From Candidatus Cloacimonadota bacterium (lineage in GTDB: Bacteria > Cloacimonadota > Cloacimonadia > Cloacimonadales > TCS61), in assembly GCA_030600585.1 (NCBI GenBank), contig JAUVLU010000003.1, forward strand, positions 13,871 through 77,870: DNA of 64,000 nucleotides, read 5' to 3'. Shown here piece by piece: positions 21,987-31,817 of this stretch (positions are counted from its first letter, which is position 1; every line of letters starts with the position of its first letter). A program made the position numbers and the translations under genes. Under the pieces are notes generated by a model. The model was not told the origin of the DNA. It was given only the letters and a program-made list of their open reading frames with translations, and did no database searches.

Positions 21987-23552
21987 ATGAAAAAAATAGT
22001 TGTAGTTTTATTATTAGTATTATCATTTTATGTTTCAGCATCTGAAATAGATTGGAATACGCCGGAAATAACTTCTCAGAATTATTTTTCCTTTTTGGAA
22101 GAAAGGTTCGATGATAATTCGTACTTGCAGATCAAAAATGAAGAAGTTGTAAACTTCACGCAAACCGATCTTGCAGTATCATCGTGGTCTAACTTCAGGA
22201 AAGCACTTTCAAACTTTTTTTCCAACGAGGAGTTTCCTTCACACTTTCTACAACTTCATACTCCCGATACACTTACCATGAAACCAACAAGCTCATATAT
22301 TCATCACAACTATATTCCATTAAGATCAGGTTTTTATTTTAATCTGCTTACCGGAGCTGATTATTACACAAATATACACGAAAAGAATTCCTACTCCTTT
22401 GTTTATTATGGAACTAAACTATTTGCGAATATTGATAATACTATTTTTATTGATGGATACTGGTGGACCGGACATTTCACAGGCGATGAAGACCTGTTTA
22501 AAACCTCTCCCATATTTGACAGTTGGTCACAAAATTCTGATGATTACTCACAAACATCTATCGACAATGTTAGCGGTAAGATCGTTTATATGAAAAACTT
22601 TGGTTCACTTACTATAGGAAGAGGAACACACATTATCGGAAATAACATTGGCGGCAGCGTGATATTGAATGATGCCTGTAACGACTATGGTTATTTTAGC
22701 GGGAAACTGGATTTCAACAAATTCTCCATTTCTCTAATGCATGGAACTCTCTTGCCGGACAGCACAACGGTAGATGCTTTTGGAAATCATGAATATAAAA
22801 GCTACGAAGATAAGTATATCACAGTGAAGAAACTGGACTGGAAACCAAATAATGCAATTCATTTTTTTGCAGGAGAAGAGGTTATTTATGGCGGCAGAAG
22901 TATTGATCCGAGTTATCTTCTTCCGCAAACTTTCCTGCGAGCTACCGAGCATAATCTGCGTGATAGAGATAATGTCCTCATTTTTGCTGGAATGAATCTG
23001 AAACCTTTACCCAAAAACACTTTCTATGTAAATTTTATTTTCGATGAACTTTCTAAAAGTAAAATTTTTACAGATTGGTGGGGAAATAAATATGCAGTTC
23101 AGTTAGGGAACTCCTATTTGATCGATAAGGCAAAAAATGCTCGCATTACTTTGGAAGCTACTGCCGTTCGACCCTGGATGTACACTCACAAGATTTTACA
23201 TAATAAATATTCTCACGATAAAATAGGATTAGGATTTCCGGAAGGAAGCAATCTAATTCAAGTTGCCGCAGAATTCAATTATAATTTATTTAATTCTCTA
23301 ACTATAAATATTCATAGTTCCTATACTAAACAAGGTAGTTTGGGAAATGATTTCAGTATAAATTATGAAACCCGACCCGATGATACTGCAAGCTGGTTAG
23401 AAGGTGATATAACTGAAAATACAGGAATACGAACAGCTCTGAAATGGCAGCCATTAACCCATCATAGAATATTAGCCGGTCATTCTGCTGTTAAAACTGA
23501 CGATGAAGAAATCGAGCATCAATTCAGCATAAGTTATCAGGCATCATATTAA
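21987..23552 (+). CDS. Secreted outer-membrane beta-barrel protein, Wzi (capsule assembly)-like
   Basis: Signal peptide, alternating aromatic beta-strands, E(R)HNLRDRDNVL and RPWMYTH-type motifs, C-terminal Tyr. Confidence 0.6.
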   Translation: MKKIVVVLLLVLSFYVSASEIDWNTPEITSQNYFSFLEERFDDNSYLQIKNEEVVNFTQTDLAVSSWSNFRKALSNFFSNEEFPSHFLQLHTPDTLTMKPTSSYIHHNYIPLRSGFYFNLLTGADYYTNIHEKNSYSFVYYGTKLFANIDNTIFIDGYWWTGHFTGDEDLFKTSPIFDSWSQNSDDYSQTSIDNVSGKIVYMKNFGSLTIGRGTHIIGNNIGGSVILNDACNDYGYFSGKLDFNKFSISLMHGTLLPDSTTVDAFGNHEYKSYEDKYITVKKLDWKPNNAIHFFAGEEVIYGGRSIDPSYLLPQTFLRATEHNLRDRDNVLIFAGMNLKPLPKNTFYVNFIFDELSKSKIFTDWWGNKYAVQLGNSYLIDKAKNARITLEATAVRPWMYTHKILHNKYSHDKIGLGFPEGSNLIQVAAEFNYNLFNSLTINIHSSYTKQGSLGNDFSINYETRPDDTASWLEGDITENTGIRTALKWQPLTHHRILAGHSAVKTDDEEIEHQFSISYQASY

Positions 23553-23553
23553 T

Positions 23554-24585
23554 ATGGATCCATTTGTTTTAACTTTTTCTTTGTTTCTCATCATTCTTGG
23601 AATGGGAATATTACGTTCTTGGAAAACGACTGAATTTAAAGAGCTGAATTATTCAATTGTCATCGCATGTAGAAATGAAGAGAAACACCTTCCAAAATTA
23701 TTTAACTCTTTGAGAAACCTCGATTATCCAAATGAGAAGTTCGAGATCATAATCGTTGATGATGCTTCGAGTGATAATTCATCAAATTTGATCAAAGCCT
23801 TTTGTAAAAAACAATCGAATGCAAGTTCCTTCCATTTAAAAGAAAAAAGTAAAGAGTATCTTGGAAAGAAAGCCGCTCTCAAACTTGCGACTAAAAATGC
23901 AAAATTTGAAATCCTGCTTTTCACAGATGCAGATTGCTTCCCACAAAGAGATTGGATAAGTTCCTATAATAAATATTTCACAAACAAAACAGGATTTGTA
24001 GCCGGAAGCTATAAAGAAAGTAATGTAGGCGGCTTTAGAAGATTCCGCAATCAAATGTCATCTGCGATCTTTGCCAGCACGATAGGATTGGGATTCCCAT
24101 TTAGTGCTGCCGGTGGAAATATGGCGGTGCGAAAAGAATCTTTTGATGAGGTGGATGGTTATGAGAAGATCAAGCAGAATATTGCAGGAGACGATAAACA
24201 ACTCTTGAATTTGATCAAAAGAACTTCATGGAAAATAAAGTATAATCCGGAAGTACTTGTTTCAACGGAAGTGGATATTCTTAATTCACACCATAGAAAT
24301 AAAAGGAAGTACGGTAAATTTGGAATATCTTCACCACTTTTTCAACTTTTTTCAATCCTGATCTTTTGTTTCTATTTATATCTTCCTTATAAAATATTTT
24401 TTATGAAAGAATGGCAGTGTTTTCTCAGCTGTTATCTTGGTGCAATCCTATTTTGGTTTGCAAATATTTTTAAACATAAATATAATTTTACTCCCATCGA
24501 TTTATTTTTCATTGTCATTTATCCGTACTATTTAATATTTTACTCAATATTGGGATTATCAGGGAATTGGAAATGGAAAAATTAA
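23554..24585 (+). CDS. GT2 family glycosyltransferase, membrane anchored
   Basis: IVIACRNEE, IVDDASSD, GKKAAL, FTDADC, GDDKQL; C-terminal TM helices. Confidence 0.87.
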   Translation: MDPFVLTFSLFLIILGMGILRSWKTTEFKELNYSIVIACRNEEKHLPKLFNSLRNLDYPNEKFEIIIVDDASSDNSSNLIKAFCKKQSNASSFHLKEKSKEYLGKKAALKLATKNAKFEILLFTDADCFPQRDWISSYNKYFTNKTGFVAGSYKESNVGGFRRFRNQMSSAIFASTIGLGFPFSAAGGNMAVRKESFDEVDGYEKIKQNIAGDDKQLLNLIKRTSWKIKYNPEVLVSTEVDILNSHHRNKRKYGKFGISSPLFQLFSILIFCFYLYLPYKIFFMKEWQCFLSCYLGAILFWFANIFKHKYNFTPIDLFFIVIYPYYLIFYSILGLSGNWKWKN

Positions 24586-25463
24586 TTAGAAATCGTTATT
24601 TTTATTTTATTAAGATCATCATAACTACAGTAATATTGTATTTTATTTTCAGGAAAATTGATTTTCAGGTTCTTTTTCATTCCTTCAGGCAAATCAGAGT
24701 TTCGATAATAGCCGTTATGTTAATTACGACAGCGATTAAGATTTTTATCGAATATAAGAACTGGGGACATTATCTCACGATTAACCCCGAATATAAACCT
24801 AAACCGTCGGAGATTTTTAAATCTCACATGATAGGTCATTCTCTTAGTCTTTTGATCCCGGGTGGTTTAGGTGCGGCAGGGAAAGTTTTTTTCATTGAAA
24901 ATTCTAAATCTCACACATTTATGTCTTTAGGGGTGGAAAAGTTTTTTCAAATTTGGATCAACCTGCTTTTTGCCAGCTTTGCTGCTATCTTCTATTTTAG
25001 GAAAATCAACATATCAATCCCGATTGCAGTTTTTATTTTAGTTATTTTCCTGCCTCTCTTCATCTACTGGATCAAGCATCTTTACCGCGTTAAAAGTATT
25101 GAAAAGTATTTCATGGAATATATAAGAATATTACCTTACATCAGCTTGATGCAGATCACTTACATGTTTCTAACCATTTTTCAATATTTTATTCTGGTTA
25201 ATGCCTTTTTGCGTTTTCACATCTTTTCAGCAATCATCTCCATACCGCTCATTCTCTCCTCCAATCTTATTCCCATCACTTATGCAGGGTTGGGATTACG
25301 CGAGAAATTTGCAATTGAAGTGTTTTCGAAATATACAATTTCTGCTGAGATTTCAGTAACCGTAACTTTGACGATATTTCTGTTTAATTCTGTGTTGCCG
25401 GCAATTGTAGGATTAGTTTTATTTCTTAGGAAAAAGAAATCAGAAAAACTGAAAACTAAATAG
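24567..25463 (+). CDS. Lysylphosphatidylglycerol synthase TM-domain (flippase-like) membrane protein
   Basis: Multi-TM; PGGLG, IPITYAGLGLRE motifs. Confidence 0.75.
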   Translation: MEMEKLIRNRYFYFIKIIITTVILYFIFRKIDFQVLFHSFRQIRVSIIAVMLITTAIKIFIEYKNWGHYLTINPEYKPKPSEIFKSHMIGHSLSLLIPGGLGAAGKVFFIENSKSHTFMSLGVEKFFQIWINLLFASFAAIFYFRKINISIPIAVFILVIFLPLFIYWIKHLYRVKSIEKYFMEYIRILPYISLMQITYMFLTIFQYFILVNAFLRFHIFSAIISIPLILSSNLIPITYAGLGLREKFAIEVFSKYTISAEISVTVTLTIFLFNSVLPAIVGLVLFLRKKKSEKLKTK

Positions 25464-25765
25464 TTTATTTCTCCCTCTCCTCACAGGTATGAGTCGGCTT
25501 GCGAAGCAAACGATCTCAAGAGAGCTGGGGTGAGGTGATTCATATTGCAAATCTTACGGATGGTTAACGATATTTCCTTTATTTTATCTTCGACATATAT
25601 AAAATCTAAGAAAACCCCTCTGCGAACAAAGTTCGCTTCTCCCCTTGCAAAGGGGAGCAAATCGACGTATCTTTTATCATTCGTAAGGTTTATTTCTCCC
25701 TCTCCTCGCAGGTATGGGTTGGCTTGCGAAGCAAACGATCTAAAGAGGGCTGGGGTTGAGGTGAT
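25464..25765. repeat. Two ~76-bp direct repeats (25464-25539, 25689-25765) filling the gap between convergent genes
   Basis: TTTATTTCTCCCTCTCCTC...GCTTGCGAAGCAAACGATCT...GGGGTGAGGTGAT twice, 5 mismatches and 1 indel; CTCCCC-TTGCAA-AGGGGAG hairpin between them. Confidence 0.88.
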
Positions 25766-26787
25766 CATACTTTTCTTTCTTCCAATTTGATCTTCACACC
25801 TTCCAGACAATTTCTGCAGATCGGTATCTGTTTTCTATCTTCAAGTATTTGATTCCTAATTTTCATAATCTTGTTGTTTTTCCAAAGTTGGTTTAATCCT
25901 GTATCCATCACATTTCCGACTTTGTATTCTCCATCCTTATCAAAACAGCAGATCGCAACTTCTCCATCCCAATTAACAACTGCATTGGTCCAGATGCGGC
26001 GGCAGCGATTTTTTATCCCGAATTTCAATTCGAAATTATCTCCATTAACTTTATATCTTCTGTATTTTGTGTTTTCCGGTAAAAATTTATGAACATCTTC
26101 TTTTGAATATATCTGAACACTTTTCAGTTCAAGATTATCAACTTCATATTCTTTTGAAAGTTGTTTTATCTTTTCAATTTCGTGCTCGTTATGTTTCATT
26201 ACTAAAAACTGCCAACGTAAAAGCGGGTTTGATTTATTCAATTTTTTCTTAGCTGCCACGATTTTTTTCACGCCTTCTAATACTTTATCCAATTTACCAT
26301 TAATTCGATATTTATTATATGTTTCCTGTGTTGTACCGTCCAACGAAACTATCATTGAATCCAAACCTGAATTTATGATTTCTTCTGCCTTGTAATCTAT
26401 ATTCCCATTAGTAGAGACAAGTGTGAACAAACCTTTATCGGAAGCATACTTCACCATCTTAGAAAAATCTTTATTCAAATAAGGCTCACCCTGATTCCAA
26501 AGCACAACCATGAATGCAGTTTTTTCTATATTATCAATGATCTTTTTAAAAACTTTTAAATCCATATAACCCTTTTTTCTTTTTAAAGTTCCATTACCGG
26601 AAGGGCAAAGAGGACATTGCAAATTGCAAATATTAGTAGGCTCTATCATTACAACCGGTGGAGATCCCCAATATATTGCGTTTTTAGTTATAAGTGAAAT
26701 ATAATAAGAAATATATACTTTAACCGCATTAAATAATCTTCTGAATCTAAAACTTTTCTTTAAAAATCTAATATTTTCATTCAACAT
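25765..26787 (-). CDS. Radical SAM / SPASM domain protein
   Basis: IEPTNICNLQCPLC; C-terminal SPASM/twitch cysteines (C...W...VAICC...CRNC). Confidence 0.9.
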   Translation of the reverse strand: MLNENIRFLKKSFRFRRLFNAVKVYISYYISLITKNAIYWGSPPVVMIEPTNICNLQCPLCPSGNGTLKRKKGYMDLKVFKKIIDNIEKTAFMVVLWNQGEPYLNKDFSKMVKYASDKGLFTLVSTNGNIDYKAEEIINSGLDSMIVSLDGTTQETYNKYRINGKLDKVLEGVKKIVAAKKKLNKSNPLLRWQFLVMKHNEHEIEKIKQLSKEYEVDNLELKSVQIYSKEDVHKFLPENTKYRRYKVNGDNFELKFGIKNRCRRIWTNAVVNWDGEVAICCFDKDGEYKVGNVMDTGLNQLWKNNKIMKIRNQILEDRKQIPICRNCLEGVKIKLEERKV

Positions 26788-26864
26788 AATTATTTCCTTG
26801 AAAGACTTTTGTTAAAGGGGTATTTCGTTGTCAAATGTTAATATTTCTCTCAAATGTAGCGGTT

Positions 26865-26985
26865 TCGTAAAAAGCCCGATGTTGTCATTCTGAGCAGAGT
26901 CGAAGAATCTCGTAACATGTTTGTTTGCTATATCTTTCGTCTCCGCTCAAGATGACAGTTTTAGATTCTATTTGACTTTTTACGA
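26865..26985. repeat. Nested inverted-repeat element
   Basis: Outer TCGTAAAAAG/CTTTTTACGA; inner TGTCATTCTGAGC...CGAAGAAT / ATCTTTCG...GCTCAAGATGACA; the inner arm matches 9604-9640. Confidence 0.75.
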
Positions 26986-27150
26986 GTTCGTTAAATGTAA
27001 TGTCACGATTTTTCACATTTTGGAAAGTTATCTTCCGACTATATAAACCTTACGGATGGTTAATGAAATCTCTTTCACTTCCTCTTCTACCTCCGTAATG
27101 GTTGGAATGTTTTCAATCATTATATTTATTACTTCAACCATTAGTTGGCA

Positions 27151-27275
27151 GAAAGAATTCCAGTATCGTTTTCAACAAGTTGAAAGCCGATACATTATTG
27201 CGAAGGGTTACAACCGTGAGACAAGAAAGAGAATTCCAGCATCGTTTGTTACTCAAGCCGATGCATTATTCGCAA
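27151..27275. repeat. Two tandem imperfect hairpin units, ~78-bp period
   Basis: GAATTCCAG-(T/C)ATCGTTT-loop-AAGCCGAT(A/G)C-ATTATT at 27156-27199 and 27231-27270. Confidence 0.75.
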
Positions 27276-27365
27276 GGTTTTTTACCTTCCGAATCCTCAT
27301 ACACAAGATAAAATGAAAGAAAGGCTTCGGAAGGAAATTAGCAACATACTCTTCCTTAAAAAAAC

Positions 27366-27391
27366 AAAAAACCCCGCATTTCTGCGGGGTT
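27366..27391 (-). terminator. Rho-independent terminator after the porin-like gene
   Basis: AAAAACCCCGCA-TTTC-TGCGGGGTTT. Confidence 0.85.
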
Positions 27392-27411
27392 TAATACTAA
27401 TTCAATTTAGA

Positions 27412-28374
27412 TTAAAATCCGAAACCGAATACAAGATCAAGAGAATCATCATCCATATCTGATTCCATCAAGTATTCAAGTTTAATTCTTACATTTTCTA
27501 CTGGTGTCATATTAAGACCGAAGAACATATCATTCTCATCATTCCAGTTTCCTTCAGCACCAACTTTTGTAGCATAGCCAAAGTAAGGCTTGATGTTTCC
27601 AACAACTGGAGCATCAAAACCTGGAGCATAATTAAGAATAGCATAATAACCTAAGTCATCTGTATCATCAATGCCATCATCTCTTGTAGCAACTTGAAGA
27701 GCTATTGCAACCATTTCTGCTGCTGTATAATCTAAACCAAAAGCCCAGTCCATTGTTGAATCAATATCTACATCCCCGCTTAGCATTATTTGAGTTTTAT
27801 TAAGAGTACTCATTTTAAGGGCAAAATTAACATCGGCACCAGCAACATTATAACCAAGTTTAAAACCGGCATTCATTGCACTGTAATCAAATTCATTTGG
27901 AATTCCTAATGAATCAACATTTGTTGCCCAATAATTATACTCATTTGCTAAATAAACTTGCCAGTTAACCTTTGCAACATCACCTTTGAATTTAAACATC
28001 CACTCTGTATTACGAATATGGCTTCCCCACCAGTGTCCACGAATATAGTTAAGATTAGCAAATCCAGATGGATTAGAGATTCTACCAAAAGGAACTTCAT
28101 CTTTACCAAAAAGGAAAGTAACGGGACCAATTGGAATAGTTTTAAAAGCATGAGCTAAGTTAAAAGTAACATCATGATAACCATGTCCTGTAGAAAGGTC
28201 AAGATGGAAGCCATAATCTGCTCCCCACCAGCCAAGACTCATATAATCTGCTCTAAATCCAGCATCATCCTCTGGTGTATCAGCTCCAATAAGTGGAAAT
28301 CTCATCCACGCATCGTGTGCAAATAATGTTGATACAAACACTAATACTAACATAAACAATACAATTTTTTTCAT
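27412..28374 (-). CDS. Outer-membrane porin-like beta-barrel protein
   Basis: Start at 28374 (MKKIVLF...TLFA signal peptide) after GGGAG RBS; beta-strand pattern; terminal LVFGFGF. Confidence 0.7.
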   Translation of the reverse strand: MKKIVLFMLVLVFVSTLFAHDAWMRFPLIGADTPEDDAGFRADYMSLGWWGADYGFHLDLSTGHGYHDVTFNLAHAFKTIPIGPVTFLFGKDEVPFGRISNPSGFANLNYIRGHWWGSHIRNTEWMFKFKGDVAKVNWQVYLANEYNYWATNVDSLGIPNEFDYSAMNAGFKLGYNVAGADVNFALKMSTLNKTQIMLSGDVDIDSTMDWAFGLDYTAAEMVAIALQVATRDDGIDDTDDLGYYAILNYAPGFDAPVVGNIKPYFGYATKVGAEGNWNDENDMFFGLNMTPVENVRIKLEYLMESDMDDDSLDLVFGFGF

Positions 28375-28653
28375 TTTTTTCTCCCTAGATTTTTTTAACA
28401 CACACAATAGTTAAACTTAATTAACTTACTTAATTACGATAGTAACACTCGTTTTCTAATTATCACATTCTATTCTAATATTAATGAACTCGCCTAAATG
28501 AATTTTAATCAAGATTTGTGTCAAGAAATATTTATCACATATTTGCTATCTGTTTATATAACTGTAAGTTATAATTTTATGCAGCATTTCATCATCCTGT
28601 TTACCATGCTTTTATCTACTTATATTCCAATAAGTTGACTATTAACAAATTTT

Positions 28654-29955
28654 TCACTTTTTATTCATCTTCCTTACAATTGGCAGAAAAACGATCTCAA
28701 GCGGCTTGGTCATTACATTCCCGTTACTATCCTTTGCCTGTATTGTAAATTTGTAGGAAGAATAATTATTTAATCGATGTTGCGGACTTAAAATATAATG
28801 CTTTGAGTTCTTATTAAGAATAACAATATCCTCAATATTTCCGGTTTCAACTTCGATCAATTTTGTTTCGATATCATCTTCCAGTATGATCTCAGAAAAT
28901 AATATTGAAATTTCCGGAAGGAAAGAATTTACAGAAGATCCTGTGCGTGGATTTGAAGAAATTACTTCCGGTGGAATTGTATCCTGCAATGAAATTCCAT
29001 CAAATATAAGTGAATCTTCTGAAGTCATGTTGTTTTTTAGATCTAAAATATCACTAATTTGAATTTTATATTTAAGCGTATCTAAATCTGCCGTAAGGAG
29101 CGACAATTCATCATTATGGAGATACCAAGCAATTATATCCACTTTAGTTTCTAATGAGTCAGCCGTTATAATGGATATTTTGGAAAAAGATGAAATGGGT
29201 TCGGAAAATTTTATATCGATATTATTATTGCAGATCACATTTGTAGATTTAAGTTGCGGTTTCACCGTATCCGCATAAGCAAGAGAAATATCCATTGTTG
29301 CAGAGCCGGCTGGATCTATTGATTTTTGGAAATAAGGTTCACTTTCGTTATCATATCTTTGGTTTTTGTTTTTATCGATATAGGCACGAACAATGTGTTC
29401 TACATTATTGAGATCTTCAATTAAGTATGTTTCCCCTTTGACTATTAGAGAAAATATCTCAGTTGAATCTGCTGTTAAAATCGTCATTTGAATGGGTTTA
29501 TTCTTATCTTCTATTTCCTCATAAAAAATATTTCCTGAAATACGATTCTCGTTTAGTTTGCCACTTGCAAAAATAAATGTGCTGCTTTCAATAAGGAAAT
29601 TACCATGTTCACCTTTTATTTTATCGGAAAAAGTAAAATAATAGTTCGTATTTTTCTCGAGTTCTTCAAGAATTTTTATTGTTAAAATATTTCCATCCCA
29701 AGTGTATTTCTTTTTTAAAATTGGCGGATAGATATAAATACCGGATAAAATTGTATTTCGCTCTATAGGTTTAGAAAAAATAACTTCAATATTAGAATCA
29801 GAAATATCACTGTATTCATCGGGTATCACAGAAACTATTTCCGGCTGGATCGTATCTTTTTTACCGCCTGTAGGATTTTTTTTATGCCCGCAGGATGCAG
29901 ATCCAAATATGAGAATGAATAAAAAAAAAGTAATAATTAACTTTGCGATTTTCAT
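28654..29955 (-). CDS. Lipoprotein with Ig-like (Big_5-type) domains
   Basis: Lipobox-like ASC; GGKKDTIQPEIV...FSKPI; repeated DTxxP..FSE units. Confidence 0.72.
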   Translation of the reverse strand: MKIAKLIITFFLFILIFGSASCGHKKNPTGGKKDTIQPEIVSVIPDEYSDISDSNIEVIFSKPIERNTILSGIYIYPPILKKKYTWDGNILTIKILEELEKNTNYYFTFSDKIKGEHGNFLIESSTFIFASGKLNENRISGNIFYEEIEDKNKPIQMTILTADSTEIFSLIVKGETYLIEDLNNVEHIVRAYIDKNKNQRYDNESEPYFQKSIDPAGSATMDISLAYADTVKPQLKSTNVICNNNIDIKFSEPISSFSKISIITADSLETKVDIIAWYLHNDELSLLTADLDTLKYKIQISDILDLKNNMTSEDSLIFDGISLQDTIPPEVISSNPRTGSSVNSFLPEISILFSEIILEDDIETKLIEVETGNIEDIVILNKNSKHYILSPQHRLNNYSSYKFTIQAKDSNGNVMTKPLEIVFLPIVRKMNKK

Positions 29956-30678
29956 TTATTTTTTATCATGATGTTTAAATTCCCCATTTTTCAAGAAGAA
30001 TACAGTTTGTTTTATGACATCATCATTATATTTGATTGTAAGATGAGTGCTGGGAACAACGATGAAATCTTTCATTTCAGTAAGTTTTGTATTATCAACG
30101 GCAACTCTGCCGTCATCTTCACCTGGAATCATCTTAGAAAAATACGGGTTTGAACTTTTATTCCCAGCGATAATTCCAACTTCAGGAATTATGGGTTTAA
30201 GTTCCGATAAAACATTGGAATCTGTTGTTAATTCCTGTCCCACATCACCAACTATTAGTTTATAAAATTTACTTTCCTGAAAATAATCGGCAACTTCTGA
30301 TCCTTGATTTGGTGGACTTAACATAACAACGCGGCTTCCTGCTGGAAGAGTGTGATCTTGTAAATAATATCTTACAATTAGTCCACCCATCGAGTGTGTA
30401 ACAAAATGAATTTTATCAAATCCTATTTTTTTGTATTTTTCTACAATTTCCGATAATTCCTTTTCAGCCAAAGATTCAATAGTTTCTCCAATTGATGAAT
30501 AACCAATATTCTTAGTAATATAACCTTCATCTTTCAACGCACTTTCCACTTTTAACATAGAAAGCTTAACATCACCAAGTCCATGTAATAAGATCACACT
30601 TTCGTTAATTGATTCTGCATTTAATTTCAGTGATAAAATACACAAAGTGAGAAATATAGTAGTAAATAGTTTAAGCAC
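29956..30678 (-). CDS. Secreted alpha/beta hydrolase (esterase/lipase)
   Basis: LLHGL, FVTHSMGGL nucleophile elbow, SPPNQGS, DDGRV, H; GTG start overlapping the recR stop. Confidence 0.85.
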   Translation of the reverse strand: MLKLFTTIFLTLCILSLKLNAESINESVILLHGLGDVKLSMLKVESALKDEGYITKNIGYSSIGETIESLAEKELSEIVEKYKKIGFDKIHFVTHSMGGLIVRYYLQDHTLPAGSRVVMLSPPNQGSEVADYFQESKFYKLIVGDVGQELTTDSNVLSELKPIIPEVGIIAGNKSSNPYFSKMIPGEDDGRVAVDNTKLTEMKDFIVVPSTHLTIKYNDDVIKQTVFFLKNGEFKHHDKK

Positions 30679-31277
30679 TATTCTGTTACCAAATATCTTC
30701 TTTTAAATGCGTTACTCAAAGTTAGCGAGCTGGTGTACTCGATGTCTCCGCCAAATGGAAGTCCTGTAGAAAGGCGTGTGATCTTAATATCTTTATCTTC
30801 AAATTGTAATGCCATAAAATTGATAGTGCTCTCACCTTCTGCCGAAGGATTTAATGCTAAAATTATTTCTTGTATCTCACCGGAATTTATGATCTTTTCT
30901 AATTTTGGGAAATTAATTTCATCCGGTCCAATTCCGTCGAGTGGAGAAAGCAATTTATTCAAAACAAAATATCTGCCTTTGAATTCATGAAGGTTCTCTA
31001 TCAAATAGGCATCTTGAGTATTTTCTACAACACAGATCACATTGGATATTCGAGTTGTATCTTCGCAAAATCTACAGGGATCTGTTTCTGAAAGCATATT
31101 ACAAATTGAACAATTCTTATAACTCTGAACAGCAATTTTGATTGAATCACTTAAATTTAATGCTTCTGCCTTTTCTATGCTTATCAGATGTAGTGCCAGA
31201 CGTTGTGCTGTTTTAGAACCAATTCCCGGAAGTTTCTTTAAATTATTTACTAGATCTTCTAAAAAACCATTAAACAT
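30678..31277 (-). CDS. recR: Recombination mediator RecR
   Basis: LPGIGSKTAQRLA, CSIC...CRFC, Toprim region, STGLPFGGDIEY. Confidence 0.95.
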   Translation of the reverse strand: MFNGFLEDLVNNLKKLPGIGSKTAQRLALHLISIEKAEALNLSDSIKIAVQSYKNCSICNMLSETDPCRFCEDTTRISNVICVVENTQDAYLIENLHEFKGRYFVLNKLLSPLDGIGPDEINFPKLEKIINSGEIQEIILALNPSAEGESTINFMALQFEDKDIKITRLSTGLPFGGDIEYTSSLTLSNAFKRRYLVTE

Positions 31278-31425
31278 AATAATTCGCCTTTATCTATAAA
31301 TTCAAATTCTCTATCATTCTAAACTATTGCAGGTCGTATCATTCTGATGCGACCAGAACATTATAGTTCAATCTTCTCCGATAAATCGGAGAACCTGCGA
31401 ACCGACCATAACATTATGATTCAAT

Positions 31426-31752
31426 CTAAAACATTCCCGGTATTTTCATACCACCGGTCAGCTTTCCCATCTCTTCTTCGCTGGATTTTGCAATTTTATC
31501 TTGAGCTTCGTTAACAGCAGCTATTATTAGGTCTTCCAGCATCTCAATATCATCGGGGTCCACAACTTCTTTATCGATATTCAAAGAAACAAGCTGGTTT
31601 TTACCGTTCATTTCTACTTTGATCATTCCACCGCCGGAAGTTCCTTCTACAATTTTATTAGCAAGCTCTTCCTGAGCTTTCATCATCTCATCCTGCATTT
31701 TTTTGGCTTGCTTCATCAAATCTTTCATTCCTTTCTTTCCACCTGGGAACAT
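31426..31752 (-). CDS. ybaB: YbaB/EbfC nucleoid-associated protein
   Basis: QAKKMQ...GTSGGGM...DIEMLEDLI; adjacent to recR. Confidence 0.93.
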   Translation of the reverse strand: MFPGGKKGMKDLMKQAKKMQDEMMKAQEELANKIVEGTSGGGMIKVEMNGKNQLVSLNIDKEVVDPDDIEMLEDLIIAAVNEAQDKIAKSSEEEMGKLTGGMKIPGMF

Positions 31753-31817
31753 ATCTAATCCTCCATGTTATATTTAATTTTATCAACTAATTTATTGCTA
31801 CTTTTAAAGTCAAATTA

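Noticed and set aside
25481-25810. 109-aa ORF and the opposite 81-aa ORF (25545-25790)
   Set aside because: Largely translations of the direct repeats (TPALxRSFASQA twice) overlapping the radical SAM gene end; only the short EISLTIRK segment is kept as a finding.
27056-27316. 86-aa plus-strand ORF
   Set aside because: Runs through tandem hairpin repeats, with no clear RBS or recognisable domain.
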